Source of the DNA: Clostridia bacterium
Lineage (GTDB): Bacteria > Bacillota > Clostridia > Christensenellales > CAG-138
Reading direction: 5' to 3'
Length of the DNA stretch: 64,000 nucleotides
NCBI GenBank assembly: GCA_017428025.1
Contig: JAFRRO010000028.1
Location: forward strand, 3,304 to 67,303
The notes below the pieces were generated by a model. The model worked only from the letters and a program-made list of their open reading frames with translations, had not been told where the DNA came from and did no database searches. Made by a program: the position numbers and the translations under genes. Position 1 is the first letter of the stretch; each line of letters begins with the position of its first letter. Below, one piece after another: positions 18,103 to 27,012 of this stretch.

Positions 18103-18843
18103 TCACTCCATGATCAGCCGCAGCCTGCCCTGCGATTCGATCAGCGTGCCGATGCGCAGGGTGAACGTCAGCCCGAACGTGCCGGTTTCGAGATCGGCGT
18201 CGCGCTCGGCGCGATAGAGCACATAGGCATCATCCTCCTCGGCAAGCGCGAGGAAGCCGTTCTGCAGCTGAAAATCGGACAGCACCGAGGCGTGCGTGTC
18301 AAAGTCGAACCAACCGACCTTGGCGCACTGGTCCTCGTTCGCGCCGAAATGGTACGTATACAGCAGGTCCGGCGCGTCGTCCCAGTCGAAATCGGTCAGG
18401 ATCACGTCGAGCACGCCCTTGCCGTCCGTGCCTTCGCCGAGGCGGTAGTATTCGCCGTCCTCGCACACGTACGAGCAGCCGAGGTCGATGCTGCGGATCA
18501 CCGTGAATCCCTCCGCGCCTTCCGGCGTCAGATCGAGCCAGCGCGTCGGATCGGAGAGCACCTCGCTGTAGTCCTCAAGGTGTCCGTCGTTGAGATCGAG
18601 TTTGTCGAGCGGCGGCGCAATGTCCAAATGCTTTTCCGCTTCGTAGAGGCGGTTCGGCAGCGGCGTCGGCTCCGGCGTCGCGGTCGGCTCCGGCGTGCCG
18701 TTCGGCTTTGCGCCGCTTGCGCAGCGCTGGATGCGGTAGGTGCCGTAGATCGCGCCCGCGAGCAGCAGCAGCGCTATCAGGATGCAGACGACGACGAACG
18801 CGCCTTTTCCGACGACTTTCTTCCATTTGGATTGCTGTTCCAT
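18103..18843 (-). CDS. Hypothetical membrane-anchored extracytoplasmic protein
   Basis: It has an N-terminal TM anchor (AFVVVCILIALLLLAGAIY), a short PT linker and an acidic soluble domain. Its ATG overlaps the upstream stop by 1 nt. Confidence 0.65.
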   Translation of the reverse strand: MEQQSKWKKVVGKGAFVVVCILIALLLLAGAIYGTYRIQRCASGAKPNGTPEPTATPEPTPLPNRLYEAEKHLDIAPPLDKLDLNDGHLEDYSEVLSDPTRWLDLTPEGAEGFTVIRSIDLGCSYVCEDGEYYRLGEGTDGKGVLDVILTDFDWDDAPDLLYTYHFGANEDQCAKVGWFDFDTHASVLSDFQLQNGFLALAEEDDAYVLYRAERDADLETGTFGLTFTLRIGTLIESQGRLRLIME

Positions 18844-19487
18844 CAGTATTCCTCCAAGGCCCGAATTGCCCCGCTCAGCGCTTCGTACAGGCGCGCCAGA
18901 TGGATTCCGTCGATCAGACGGTGATTGACCTGCACGGTGTACGAAAGCGTCTTTCTGCCCTTCTCATCCGTTGTAAACCTGCCCCACATGATGCGCGGGG
19001 TGCTGTCGGTGTTGTCGAGCGGAAACTCCTGCGAAATGTGTGTGTAGTCGATCCACGGCAGCGACGAGAGATACACGTCGTGCCCCGCCGCGTCCGCTTC
19101 CGCCGTGGGGACCGGCGACGTGTTTGCCGCTTCCGCCGCTTTGCAGCGCGCCGCGAAGTCGACCGGCGATTCGCCGTCCCTCCATTCGACGCCGCAGATG
19201 CCGAACAGCTCGTCGTCCCACGAATACGTATAGGAAGGATTGCGGTGATCGAGAAGGTATACGTCCTCGCCGCGCAGCTCGTAGCGGAACGCCTCGACGC
19301 CGTTGAGCGCCTTCATCGTCACCCAGATCATTGCCGCGTAAAACGACACGCCGCGCGCGTTCGCCCATGCGGCGACGTCCGTGACGTCAAGCCGCTGCGT
19401 GAGGCTGTAAAACGGCACTTCGAGCCGCGCAAACAGTCGGTCGTGCGCGTTCCTGCGCCAGTCTTTCCGGTCGATTTTCCGTTCCAT
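18843..19487 (-). CDS. CatA-like (chloramphenicol acetyltransferase family) O-acetyltransferase
   Basis: I trimmed to the ATG at 19487 (214 aa). The architecture is CAT-like, with the C-terminal catalytic-His motif VQVNHRLIDGIH (compare HHAVCDGFH). Confidence 0.7.
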   Translation of the reverse strand: MERKIDRKDWRRNAHDRLFARLEVPFYSLTQRLDVTDVAAWANARGVSFYAAMIWVTMKALNGVEAFRYELRGEDVYLLDHRNPSYTYSWDDELFGICGVEWRDGESPVDFAARCKAAEAANTSPVPTAEADAAGHDVYLSSLPWIDYTHISQEFPLDNTDSTPRIMWGRFTTDEKGRKTLSYTVQVNHRLIDGIHLARLYEALSGAIRALEEY

Positions 19488-19489
19488 CT

Positions 19490-20200
19490 TCAGAATACGC
19501 GCCGTGCGAACACGAACGCCTCCTCCCAGTAGTTTGTGCGGATCTTTGCCGTGATCACCTTGCCCTCGCCCGAGGACGGATAGATCATTCTGCCGTCGCC
19601 GAGATAGATCGTCACGCAGTTGACCGCGTCGTTGCCCGGCGTCCGGAAGAAGCAGAGATCGCCGCGTTCGAGATCGTCCATCGACTCGACGATCGGCCAC
19701 TCGCTCATCTCCGAATAGCCCTTGCTCGTCTTGTGCCGCACCTTGACGCCCGCTTCGTTCAGGCAGTAATACACGAATCCGCCCGGATCGAAGCCGGTTT
19801 CCTCGCTCGTGCCGCCGCGGTGATACGGTAGGTCGAGAAGCGCCTTTGCCGTTTCGCAGAACGCTTTCGCCTTCGCGCGGTCCGATTTCGGCACCGGCGT
19901 CGGCTCCTCCGTCGGCGCTGCGGTCGGGACGTCGGTCGGTTCCGGCGTCGGTTCCTCCGTCGGGATCGCGGTCGGCGCTTCGGTGGGCGCGGCGGTCGGC
20001 GCTTCGATCGGCTGCGCCGAAACGACAGCTTCCTCCGTCGGCGTCTCCGTTGCGGAGGACGCCGGCGTCGGCTTTTCGATCTCCCCGATGATTTGTATTT
20101 TATCCCGCTCCGGATCGGAGTTGACGATCTGCGGCGACGCGCAGCCGAGCAGCAGCAGGGCAGCCAATCCGAACGCGATGACGGTCCGTTTTCGATTCAT
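19490..20200 (-). CDS. NlpC/P60-domain lipoprotein, with catalytic residues substituted
   Basis: It has a lipobox (LLLLGC), a long PT/E/A linker and an NlpC/P60 domain. GFDPGGFVYY stands in place of GFDCSG, and NCVTIYLGDG in place of SHVGIY. Confidence 0.75.
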   Translation of the reverse strand: MNRKRTVIAFGLAALLLLGCASPQIVNSDPERDKIQIIGEIEKPTPASSATETPTEEAVVSAQPIEAPTAAPTEAPTAIPTEEPTPEPTDVPTAAPTEEPTPVPKSDRAKAKAFCETAKALLDLPYHRGGTSEETGFDPGGFVYYCLNEAGVKVRHKTSKGYSEMSEWPIVESMDDLERGDLCFFRTPGNDAVNCVTIYLGDGRMIYPSSGEGKVITAKIRTNYWEEAFVFARRVF

Positions 20201-20319
20201 ACGGATACACCTCCGTTCTTGTAATGTATCATGATTATAAAAACAAGATGTCACCGAACCGTAAACGGAGTGTGAACAATTCGTGTGTAACGCCCCAAAA
20301 CACAGAAATGTCACAAATC

Positions 20320-20348
20320 AAATGCAAAAAACGGGGCGCGCGCCCCGT
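20320..20348 (-). terminator. Terminator downstream of thiT
   Basis: ACGGGGCGC/GCGCCCCGT is a palindromic stem (20331-20348). On the minus strand it is followed by TTTTTTG. Confidence 0.8.
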
Positions 20349-20360
20349 TTTGTCCGTCGT

Positions 20361-20963
20361 TTATGCGGCTTTGTCGTCCGCCTTCGCGAGCTGTTCGCCG
20401 CGGAAGTACTTCTCCAGCGGCTTGTAGATCAGCATGGCGACAAGCTCGGTCACGACCAGCTCCGCAAGCATGTACCAGCCGTTGTACAGCGCCGAATAGA
20501 TCCACGGGCTCGTCATCTTCATGCCCATGAACTCCTCGGGCATCCAGACGCCCCAGATCCATGCGCCGCTGATGAGGTGGCAGCAGAAGCGCAGCGCGAA
20601 GGTCACGAGAATGCCGAGCGCAACCGCCTTGCGGTCCTTGCCGAAGATGCCGGACAGTCCGATGACCGTGTAGGCGATCACATAGTCCAGCAGCACGATG
20701 CCCGCGCCCATCAGGAAGCTTGTCGCATAGCCCACGTTGTCCAGGCCGAGGATCATCTGAATGAGGCTGTAGGTGAACGCCGTCAGAACGCCCCATTTCC
20801 AGCCGTAGCGATGGCTGATCAGAATGAGCGGCAGCATGCTGACGATCGTGATTCCGCCGCCGAACGGCAGATCGATCTTGACAATGCTGCACACGGTTGC
20901 GACCGCGATCATCAATGCGCTCTCCACGAGCTGCAACGCCGTGGTTTTCTGTTTCTTTTCCAT
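20361..20963 (-). CDS. thiT: Energy-coupling-factor transporter S component for thiamine (ThiT)
   Basis: 200 aa from the ATG at 20963, with a GGGAGGG SD. It has six TM segments and the typical ThiT N-terminus (LVESALMIAVATV..LPFGG). A TPP riboswitch lies directly upstream. Confidence 0.85.
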   Translation of the reverse strand: MEKKQKTTALQLVESALMIAVATVCSIVKIDLPFGGGITIVSMLPLILISHRYGWKWGVLTAFTYSLIQMILGLDNVGYATSFLMGAGIVLLDYVIAYTVIGLSGIFGKDRKAVALGILVTFALRFCCHLISGAWIWGVWMPEEFMGMKMTSPWIYSALYNGWYMLAELVVTELVAMLIYKPLEKYFRGEQLAKADDKAA

Positions 20964-20975
20964 GGTTCCCTCCCG

Positions 20976-21105
20976 AAATAAAATAAGATGCCGTCCGTGT
21001 CGGGACAGCATCAAAAGCTTATGGTTACGCTTCCTACGATGGCATGACCCAACAGGTTCCAAGGGTGCTTCTCAGCCGAAGTGTTCGGCGCCCCTGCGTC
21101 GGGAC
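20976..21105 (-). promoter_or_regulatory. TPP (THI-box) riboswitch with terminator expression platform
   Basis: The minus-strand RNA reads GACGCAGGGGCGCC..CUGAGAAGCACCCUUGGAACCUGUUGGGUCAUGCCAUCGUAGGAAGCGU (aptamer about 21027-21100). It is followed by the hairpin GAUGCUGUCC..GGACGGCAUC and UUAUUUUAUUU (20976-21012). Confidence 0.9.
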
Positions 21106-21106
21106 T

Positions 21107-21135
21107 ATCATAACAAAAGCGACCGGTTTCGTCAA
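21107..21135 (-). promoter_or_regulatory. Sigma-A-type promoter for the riboswitch-thiT transcript
   Basis: On the minus strand: TTGACG (21135-21130), a 17-nt spacer, then TATGAT (21112-21107). Confidence 0.6.
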
Positions 21136-21677
21136 GGCTCCTGCGTAAAAATCGTGAATTTCCGGATGCGCACGCGCACCACGCCGAGAATCGACTCCGT
21201 ATCGAGACAGCCGATCCCGCGGTTGCGGCTGTCCTCGCCGAAATTGCGGTCGTCCGACAGCACAAAGACCTTGCCCTCCGGCACGCGCGTACGCGAAATG
21301 TCGAGCGGCGCGGTCGGCGTATAGCGGTGCTCGTCGAGCCCGTAGCGTCCGTCGATGATCAGAATGCCGTCCTTCGCCTCGATCGATTCGCCGGAGAGCG
21401 CCACGACGCGCTTGATCAGAAGATTCCCCTCCGCGTCGCGAAACGCCACCATGTCCCCGCGTTTCAGGTCGTAGAAATGCTTGTAGAGCCGGTCGTAGAA
21501 CACGGTATCGCCCTTTTCGAGCGTCGGCACCATCGATTCGTCCGCCACATACACCGGCGAGAACCAGCCGAACAGGATGAGCAGGACGAGCGCAAGCCCG
21601 ATGATCCCCGCAAAGATCCAGCGGAGCACATTCTGCGTGCGGTGTTCTGTTCGGAATCGGACGGATCGGGTTTCCAT
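21132..21677 (-). CDS. lepB: Signal peptidase I (S26 family)
   Basis: It has the SMVPTL catalytic-Ser box, a conserved Lys region and GDNR-like LSDDRNFGEDSR. An N-terminal TM anchor is present. Confidence 0.88.
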   Translation of the reverse strand: METRSVRFRTEHRTQNVLRWIFAGIIGLALVLLILFGWFSPVYVADESMVPTLEKGDTVFYDRLYKHFYDLKRGDMVAFRDAEGNLLIKRVVALSGESIEAKDGILIIDGRYGLDEHRYTPTAPLDISRTRVPEGKVFVLSDDRNFGEDSRNRGIGCLDTESILGVVRVRIRKFTIFTQEP

Positions 21678-21683
21678 GGGCGA

Positions 21684-22292
21684 TTACGGTTTGCGGATGC
21701 GGTCGAACGGATAGATGACGCCTCGCACCTTGCCGATGATGCGGCAGAACGGGATCGGTCCGACGGCCTCGTTGCGCGAATCGATGCTGACCGCGCGGTT
21801 GTCGCCGAGCACAAAGACGCAGCCGTCCGGCACGACCTGTTTTTCGATCTCCTGATAGCCGGTACGCGTGTCGATCAGATACGGCTCGTCGAGCTTCTTG
21901 CCGTTGACATAGACCTTGCCGGAGATCGTTTCGATCGTGTCGCCGCCGACCGCCGCCACGCGCTTGACGCGGGAATTGTAGCTCTTGTTGACCTGTTCGT
22001 AGTACGCTTCGGGATAGTAGCAGATGATGATATCGCCGCGCTGCGGCATGCGGCACACATAGGCGAGACGGTCGACGAACATAATCTCGTTCTCCTGCAG
22101 CGTGTCGAGCATCGACGTCCCGTCCACGCGCACCGGATCGAACGCGACCGCGCGGATCGCAAACACGATCGCCATCACGAGCAGCAGGTACAGCAAGAAG
22201 TCGAGCACACGCCACGACATGCCGCCTTCCATGTTTTCATTCCGTTTTTCCGCCTGCCGTCTCAGCTTGGCGATCGGTTGTATGATGGTCAT
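21684..22292 (-). CDS. lepB: Signal peptidase I (second, tandem copy)
   Basis: The ATG at 22292 overlaps the DUF951 stop (ATGA). It has the motifs GTSMLDTL and LGDNRAVSIDSR. Confidence 0.85.
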   Translation of the reverse strand: MTIIQPIAKLRRQAEKRNENMEGGMSWRVLDFLLYLLLVMAIVFAIRAVAFDPVRVDGTSMLDTLQENEIMFVDRLAYVCRMPQRGDIIICYYPEAYYEQVNKSYNSRVKRVAAVGGDTIETISGKVYVNGKKLDEPYLIDTRTGYQEIEKQVVPDGCVFVLGDNRAVSIDSRNEAVGPIPFCRIIGKVRGVIYPFDRIRKP

Positions 22293-22486
22293 TCGTTCGT
22301 CTCTTTCGTGATGATCTGTTTTGCGGATTTCAAAAAATCGAGCCGATCGAGCATGACGACGCGCCCGCAGCCGAGGCAGCGGATCTTGACATCCGCGCCG
22401 ACGCGGGTGATCGTCCACGTGTCCGTGCCGCAGGCGTGCGGCTTTTTCATGCGAACCGTGTCGCCGAGTTCAAAATGATCGATCAT
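22289..22486 (-). CDS. DUF951 family small protein
   Basis: 65 aa. GDTVRMKKPHACGTDTWTITRVGADVKIRCLGCGRVVM matches the DUF951 pattern, which I recall from memory. Confidence 0.75.
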   Translation of the reverse strand: MIDHFELGDTVRMKKPHACGTDTWTITRVGADVKIRCLGCGRVVMLDRLDFLKSAKQIITKETNE

Positions 22487-23367
22487 TGCTCTCCCTGAAA
22501 ACGGATATAGCTGTCCGCCGCCTCCGCAATCTGTCCCGCTTTCTCCTCGTGCATCCAGTGTCCCGTGTTGCGGATGCTGTGATAGATGCTCATCGGCAGG
22601 TCCTCCCGCAGCTCAAACAGCCGGTCGATCGGCTGCAGCTTGTCCGAATCGCCCCAGATGATGAAAAACTCGCGCTCATGCGCCTTGATCTCTTCGAGCG
22701 CGTATTCCTCGTCGAAATTGCGGATCGCGTACATGATCGCCTGCCGCGCCGCAAAGCTGTCGCAGGTTTTGTAGTACTGCGCGACGACGTCCTTGGTGCA
22801 GATCGTACCGTCGTAATAGAACAGCGGCAGATACGCCTCGAAATCCTTCTGGCTGTACAGCTCGCGATACAGAAAGCCGAGCGGGCGCTCGAGCCGCCGG
22901 ATCTTTTTCGGCATCTTGTCGGTGACGCCGCCGGGCGTCAGTGCGATGATCTTCATGAAGCGATCGGGGTACCGGACCGCGGCGAGCATCGCGTAGAGCG
23001 CGCCCATCGTCACGCCGAGCACATGCGTCTTTTTGAGTTCGAGCGCATCGAGGCACTTTACGAGGATATCCGCCATCTCGTTCATCGAATAGTTCAGCGA
23101 ATACGGATGATCCGAGTATCCGAAGCCCGGCAGGTCGATCGCGATCACGCAGTAGTTTTCCGCAAGAATCGGCATCAGCTTGCGCCAGGTGTAGATCGAC
23201 TGTCCGACCGAATGCACCAGAAGAAGCGGCTCCCCTCTGCCCATCGTCAGATAGTGCACGCGGCACGGCTCCGGCTTCTGCTTTGCGCCTTCGAAGCCCG
23301 GCAGCTCGATGGAAAAGAAGTCGCCGATCAGATCGGAATTGACGATCGGTTTGTTTTTCTGCTTCAT
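22483..23367 (-). CDS. Alpha/beta-fold hydrolase
   Basis: 294 aa with the HSVGQS nucleophile-elbow-like motif (GxSxG variant), C-terminal His (GHWMH) and typical length. Confidence 0.8.
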   Translation of the reverse strand: MKQKNKPIVNSDLIGDFFSIELPGFEGAKQKPEPCRVHYLTMGRGEPLLLVHSVGQSIYTWRKLMPILAENYCVIAIDLPGFGYSDHPYSLNYSMNEMADILVKCLDALELKKTHVLGVTMGALYAMLAAVRYPDRFMKIIALTPGGVTDKMPKKIRRLERPLGFLYRELYSQKDFEAYLPLFYYDGTICTKDVVAQYYKTCDSFAARQAIMYAIRNFDEEYALEEIKAHEREFFIIWGDSDKLQPIDRLFELREDLPMSIYHSIRNTGHWMHEEKAGQIAEAADSYIRFQGEQ

Positions 23368-23588
23368 AGAACACCTCGTAAGTCAGTTTGATTATAGCGC
23401 GCCGCCGCAGCGGATGCAAGAAAAGGGCAAAAACTTTTCTTTTCGTACATATTTTTGTGACATCTCTGCGACATCTCCCTGTTATCATGTGCACAGGAAC
23501 GGTTTTTTTGCAAACTCTGTCACATTTTTGCGTCGGCGAACGCTTTCTTTTATGAACATGTTCGAATGAAACCGAAGGAGGTGCGGCT

Positions 23589-24137
23589 TTGAAACACTGG
23601 TCACGGCTTTTGAAAAGCGATCCGGAGCGCGGCATCCGCGCGCTGCTGGACGCGCACGGCGGTCTTGTGTATTTCACCGTACGAAGGATCTTAAAGGGCT
23701 ATCCCGAAGACGACATCGAGGAATGCGTTTCCGATGTGTTCCTGTATCTGTACCGGAATCGCGACCGGCTCGACCTCGAAGACGACGCGATGAAGGCGTA
23801 TCTTCAAAAGGCCGCAACGCACCGCGCGCTCGATCACAAGCGCAGGATTGCGCGCATCCCGACGCCGGTCGAGGATCCGGTCTGGGACGCGGGCGCTGCG
23901 GACAGAAGCGCCGAAGAGCTGGCGCTTTCGAGAATCGAGCGCGAGGAGCTGATCGGCGCGATCGTATCGCTCGGCGATCCGGACGCAACGATCCTGATCG
24001 CCAAATACTTCATCGGCATGAAAGGCGGAGAGATCGCCGCCATGCTGCACATGAAGGAAAACACCGTCGTGTCGCGCGCGGCGCGCGCCCTGAAACGACT
24101 GAGAATCCAACTGAAAGGAGCGGAAAACCATGGCTGA
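23589..24137 (+). CDS. ECF-type RNA polymerase sigma-70 family factor
   Basis: TTG start with AGGAGG 8 nt upstream. It has region 2 (VSDVFLYLYRN) and a region 4 HTH (EIAAMLHMKENTVVSRAARALKRLR). Confidence 0.85.
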   Translation: MKHWSRLLKSDPERGIRALLDAHGGLVYFTVRRILKGYPEDDIEECVSDVFLYLYRNRDRLDLEDDAMKAYLQKAATHRALDHKRRIARIPTPVEDPVWDAGAADRSAEELALSRIEREELIGAIVSLGDPDATILIAKYFIGMKGGEIAAMLHMKENTVVSRAARALKRLRIQLKGAENHG

Positions 24138-25641
24138 CGTTCTGGAAAACAAGCTGTCTTTGGCAACGGAGCCGGAAGCCGCCGTTCTGATGGAACGGTT
24201 CGATCCGGAATATCATATGAACGAGCGCGTGCGGGCACGCATCGCCGCCCGTCTCAATCAAACCGTACGGGAGGAGCGGACGTCCGAACGGCGCACGCTG
24301 CGCTTCCCGTGGAAAAAGGCGCTGGTCGCCGTCGCCGCCTGCGCCGCAATCTATCTGACGCTCGGCTTCACCGTGCCGGGCGTGGCGGACGCGCTCTATC
24401 GCGTGTTTCATCCGGATTATCGCAGCGACCAATACTTTGCGACTCCGCCCGAGCAGCGCGAGCCGATCCCGGACATCGCGGAATCCGTCGCCCGCTTTGC
24501 GGCAAAGGACGTCGAAGCACGCACGGAGCTTTTGGGCGAATACACGAATCTCACGCGCTACGACGAAGGCTATAACGAACTGGCGCACGATTCGTCCCAT
24601 CGCGTCGCGCGCGGACTGCCGCCCTATCGTGCCGAAGACTATGCATATCTCAAGGATATCCGGCCCGAAGTGCGCGAGGTCTACTATGACGGCTCGCATC
24701 TGTTTGTCAATGTGTTCCTTGCCTGCGACGATCCGGAGGCGTTTCTCGCCGACCGGTACGGCGGTACGCACCGGCACAGTCTGGAGATCAACACGTTCGG
24801 CGTCACGTTCCTGACAATCGACGGCGAACGGCGGGACACGACCTGGCTGCCGACGCGCGCCGACGAGAGCGTGACCGAACGGAACGGGCAAAAAGGGCTC
24901 TGGTATACAACGTCGATCGGGCTCGATACGCCGCTGCCCGACGGGCTCTGCGAATTGACGCTGCTCTACTACATCTATGACTGTGACGTCGACGATATGG
25001 CGTCGACCGGAAACGTGGCGCGCGTGGTGCATACCGTTTCGTTCGATACGTCCGCGGGCAACCGCTACGCCGGCGACACGTTTGAAGCGACATTCTCGGG
25101 CTCCGCGCCGATGACGCTCTTTGACGTTGATGAAAACGGCGAGGAAACAGCTATCCGCAACCGCATGGTTTCCTTCGACGGTCTCAGGATGCGCTTTGCC
25201 GTGCGGTATCTGCCGAGCGGCTTGCAGATCGAAGGCGAGATCGTCGAAACGCCGCGGGACTGGACGGAAGCGGAGCGATCCTCGCTCGACGGCTTCTTCC
25301 TCTCCGCGATGGTCTTTGACGCGGAATGCGGCGGCGAGACCTTCACCGTGCCGTATTGGGAGATCCGCCGCGACGGCGGCAAGTGGATCTTCGAACTGCC
25401 GGTCTTCCCGTCCGAATACCGGGATGCGGGCACGATCGTGCTGATCCCGCGCATCCGGTATCTGAGCCGGTTTGACTACGTGATCGACAACGACGACGAT
25501 CCGATGCAGCCGATCAAGGGCACGACGATTCTGGAGCTCGGCGCCGAGCCGGTCGCAATGCCCGATCACACGAGATGGACGATTCTCGACACGCCGCTGT
25601 CGGAAACGCGCATCGAAATTCCGCTGCCGAAGGACGAATAA
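24130..25641 (+). CDS. Putative anti-sigma factor / single-pass membrane protein with large extracytoplasmic domain
   Basis: It overlaps the sigma gene by 8 nt. A cytoplasmic N-terminus of about 60 aa is followed by one TM segment (ALVAVAACAAIYLTLGF) and about 420 aa outside. Confidence 0.55.
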   Translation: MADVLENKLSLATEPEAAVLMERFDPEYHMNERVRARIAARLNQTVREERTSERRTLRFPWKKALVAVAACAAIYLTLGFTVPGVADALYRVFHPDYRSDQYFATPPEQREPIPDIAESVARFAAKDVEARTELLGEYTNLTRYDEGYNELAHDSSHRVARGLPPYRAEDYAYLKDIRPEVREVYYDGSHLFVNVFLACDDPEAFLADRYGGTHRHSLEINTFGVTFLTIDGERRDTTWLPTRADESVTERNGQKGLWYTTSIGLDTPLPDGLCELTLLYYIYDCDVDDMASTGNVARVVHTVSFDTSAGNRYAGDTFEATFSGSAPMTLFDVDENGEETAIRNRMVSFDGLRMRFAVRYLPSGLQIEGEIVETPRDWTEAERSSLDGFFLSAMVFDAECGGETFTVPYWEIRRDGGKWIFELPVFPSEYRDAGTIVLIPRIRYLSRFDYVIDNDDDPMQPIKGTTILELGAEPVAMPDHTRWTILDTPLSETRIEIPLPKDE

Positions 25642-25655
25642 AAGAGGTGTGCGCG

Positions 25656-26966
25656 ATGAAAAAACTGCTTGCTCTGCTCTGCCTTTTGCTGCTGCTTGCC
25701 TGCGTGCCGACGCCCAAAACGGAAGCGGTCGTTTATCGCGGCGACGACGCGACGCCGAACCCAGAAAGCGTCGAGCGCGCCGACCTTTCGGCGATCCCCG
25801 AACACCTGAACCTGACGAGCGAACCGCAAAAGGGCGTCACCCTGCAGTTCGACGCGGATGTCGAAATCGACCGGAACGGCACGTTTCCGGTTTTAGAGGT
25901 GCACGCGCTCGATACCGTCACCGATCCCGCGTTCTGCGAACGCCTCCTCTCGCTGCTCTGTCCCGACGGCAAGCTCTATGAGCGCTGGCAGCCGACCAAA
26001 GCGGAGCTCAAGGAGGAGCTGCTTGCCGCAACCGCCTATGACGGACGCTGGGGCTCGATCTTTGAGATGGAGGACATGCCGGAGATTCTGAAATACTTCG
26101 AAGAGACCTATCGCACCGCGCCCGATGAGCCGCAGCGCACGGCGGTCGATCCCCGAAACGGTTTTCTGCCGAATCACAGCTATTATATCGAACGACCGGA
26201 CGGCGGCACGGCGTTTCTGACCTTCCCTTCGGAACGGAACGGCGGCACATGGATCGACGACTCCCGCATGAGTTACTGCACCGAGGATTTCATTCAGGAG
26301 GGCGATCCGCCGCTCGACGAACCGCCAATCTCCGAACAAGCAGCGATCGCGCAGGCGGACGCGCTTCTTGCGTCGCTCGGCGTCGAATGCACGTCGCTTT
26401 TGTGTACCGAACGCGGCTTCGGCTGGCGGCTGTACGACCGCACGGAAAGCGTTTGGATGTGCACCTATGTGCGCAGGATCGGCACGACTGACTCGAACGA
26501 TCAGCACCGGGTGTTCGGATATCAGTATCCGCGCGACGCCGCCACCGCGCTCGGCGCGCCGTGGGAGGGCGTGGAGTACATCCGCGTCACGGTCGGAAGC
26601 AAAGGCGTATGCAAGGTCTGGTGGTCTGGGCTTTGCGAAACGACCGCAGTCACGGAACCCGATGCGCCGCTCTGCGATTTCGATCTGATCCTTGCGCGCT
26701 TTCAGGAGCAGCTCGGCTACCGGTACGCGATGCCCGAGGGCGGCGTGACCGTTTCGATCGAAAAGCTGAAGCTGACCTACGGTGTCGTCAGCGAAAAGGA
26801 CCGGCGCGGGTACGGACTTTATATCCCGATGTGGGAACTATGTTACCGGACGGACACGGACGATCAGGCAGGCTTTTGGAAGATCTATCTGTCCGCGCTC
26901 GACGGCTCGACCGTCGAACCGCGCATCACGACCGACAGCCTGCTTCGCGAATCGCAGAACCCGTAA
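25656..26966 (+). CDS. Hypothetical lipoprotein (436 aa) co-transcribed with the sigma/anti-sigma pair
   Basis: It has a lipobox (LLLLLACVPTP). The ATG at 25656 is preceded by AAGAGG. Confidence 0.65.
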   Translation: MKKLLALLCLLLLLACVPTPKTEAVVYRGDDATPNPESVERADLSAIPEHLNLTSEPQKGVTLQFDADVEIDRNGTFPVLEVHALDTVTDPAFCERLLSLLCPDGKLYERWQPTKAELKEELLAATAYDGRWGSIFEMEDMPEILKYFEETYRTAPDEPQRTAVDPRNGFLPNHSYYIERPDGGTAFLTFPSERNGGTWIDDSRMSYCTEDFIQEGDPPLDEPPISEQAAIAQADALLASLGVECTSLLCTERGFGWRLYDRTESVWMCTYVRRIGTTDSNDQHRVFGYQYPRDAATALGAPWEGVEYIRVTVGSKGVCKVWWSGLCETTAVTEPDAPLCDFDLILARFQEQLGYRYAMPEGGVTVSIEKLKLTYGVVSEKDRRGYGLYIPMWELCYRTDTDDQAGFWKIYLSALDGSTVEPRITTDSLLRESQNP

Positions 26967-26975
26967 ACGCAAAAA

Positions 26976-26999
26976 ACGGACCGCAGAGGTCCGTTTTTT
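26976..26999. terminator. Bidirectional terminator
   Basis: AAAAAACGGACC-gcaga-GGTCCGTTTTTT. Confidence 0.85.
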
Positions 27000-27012
27000 C
27001 ATCCCAAAGAGT

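Noticed and set aside
23541-23556. The palindrome GAACATGTTC upstream of the ECF sigma gene, considered as an SOS box.
   Set aside because: The half-sites are separated by 2 nt rather than the 4 nt required for a Cheo box. It is kept only as an unexplained palindrome.
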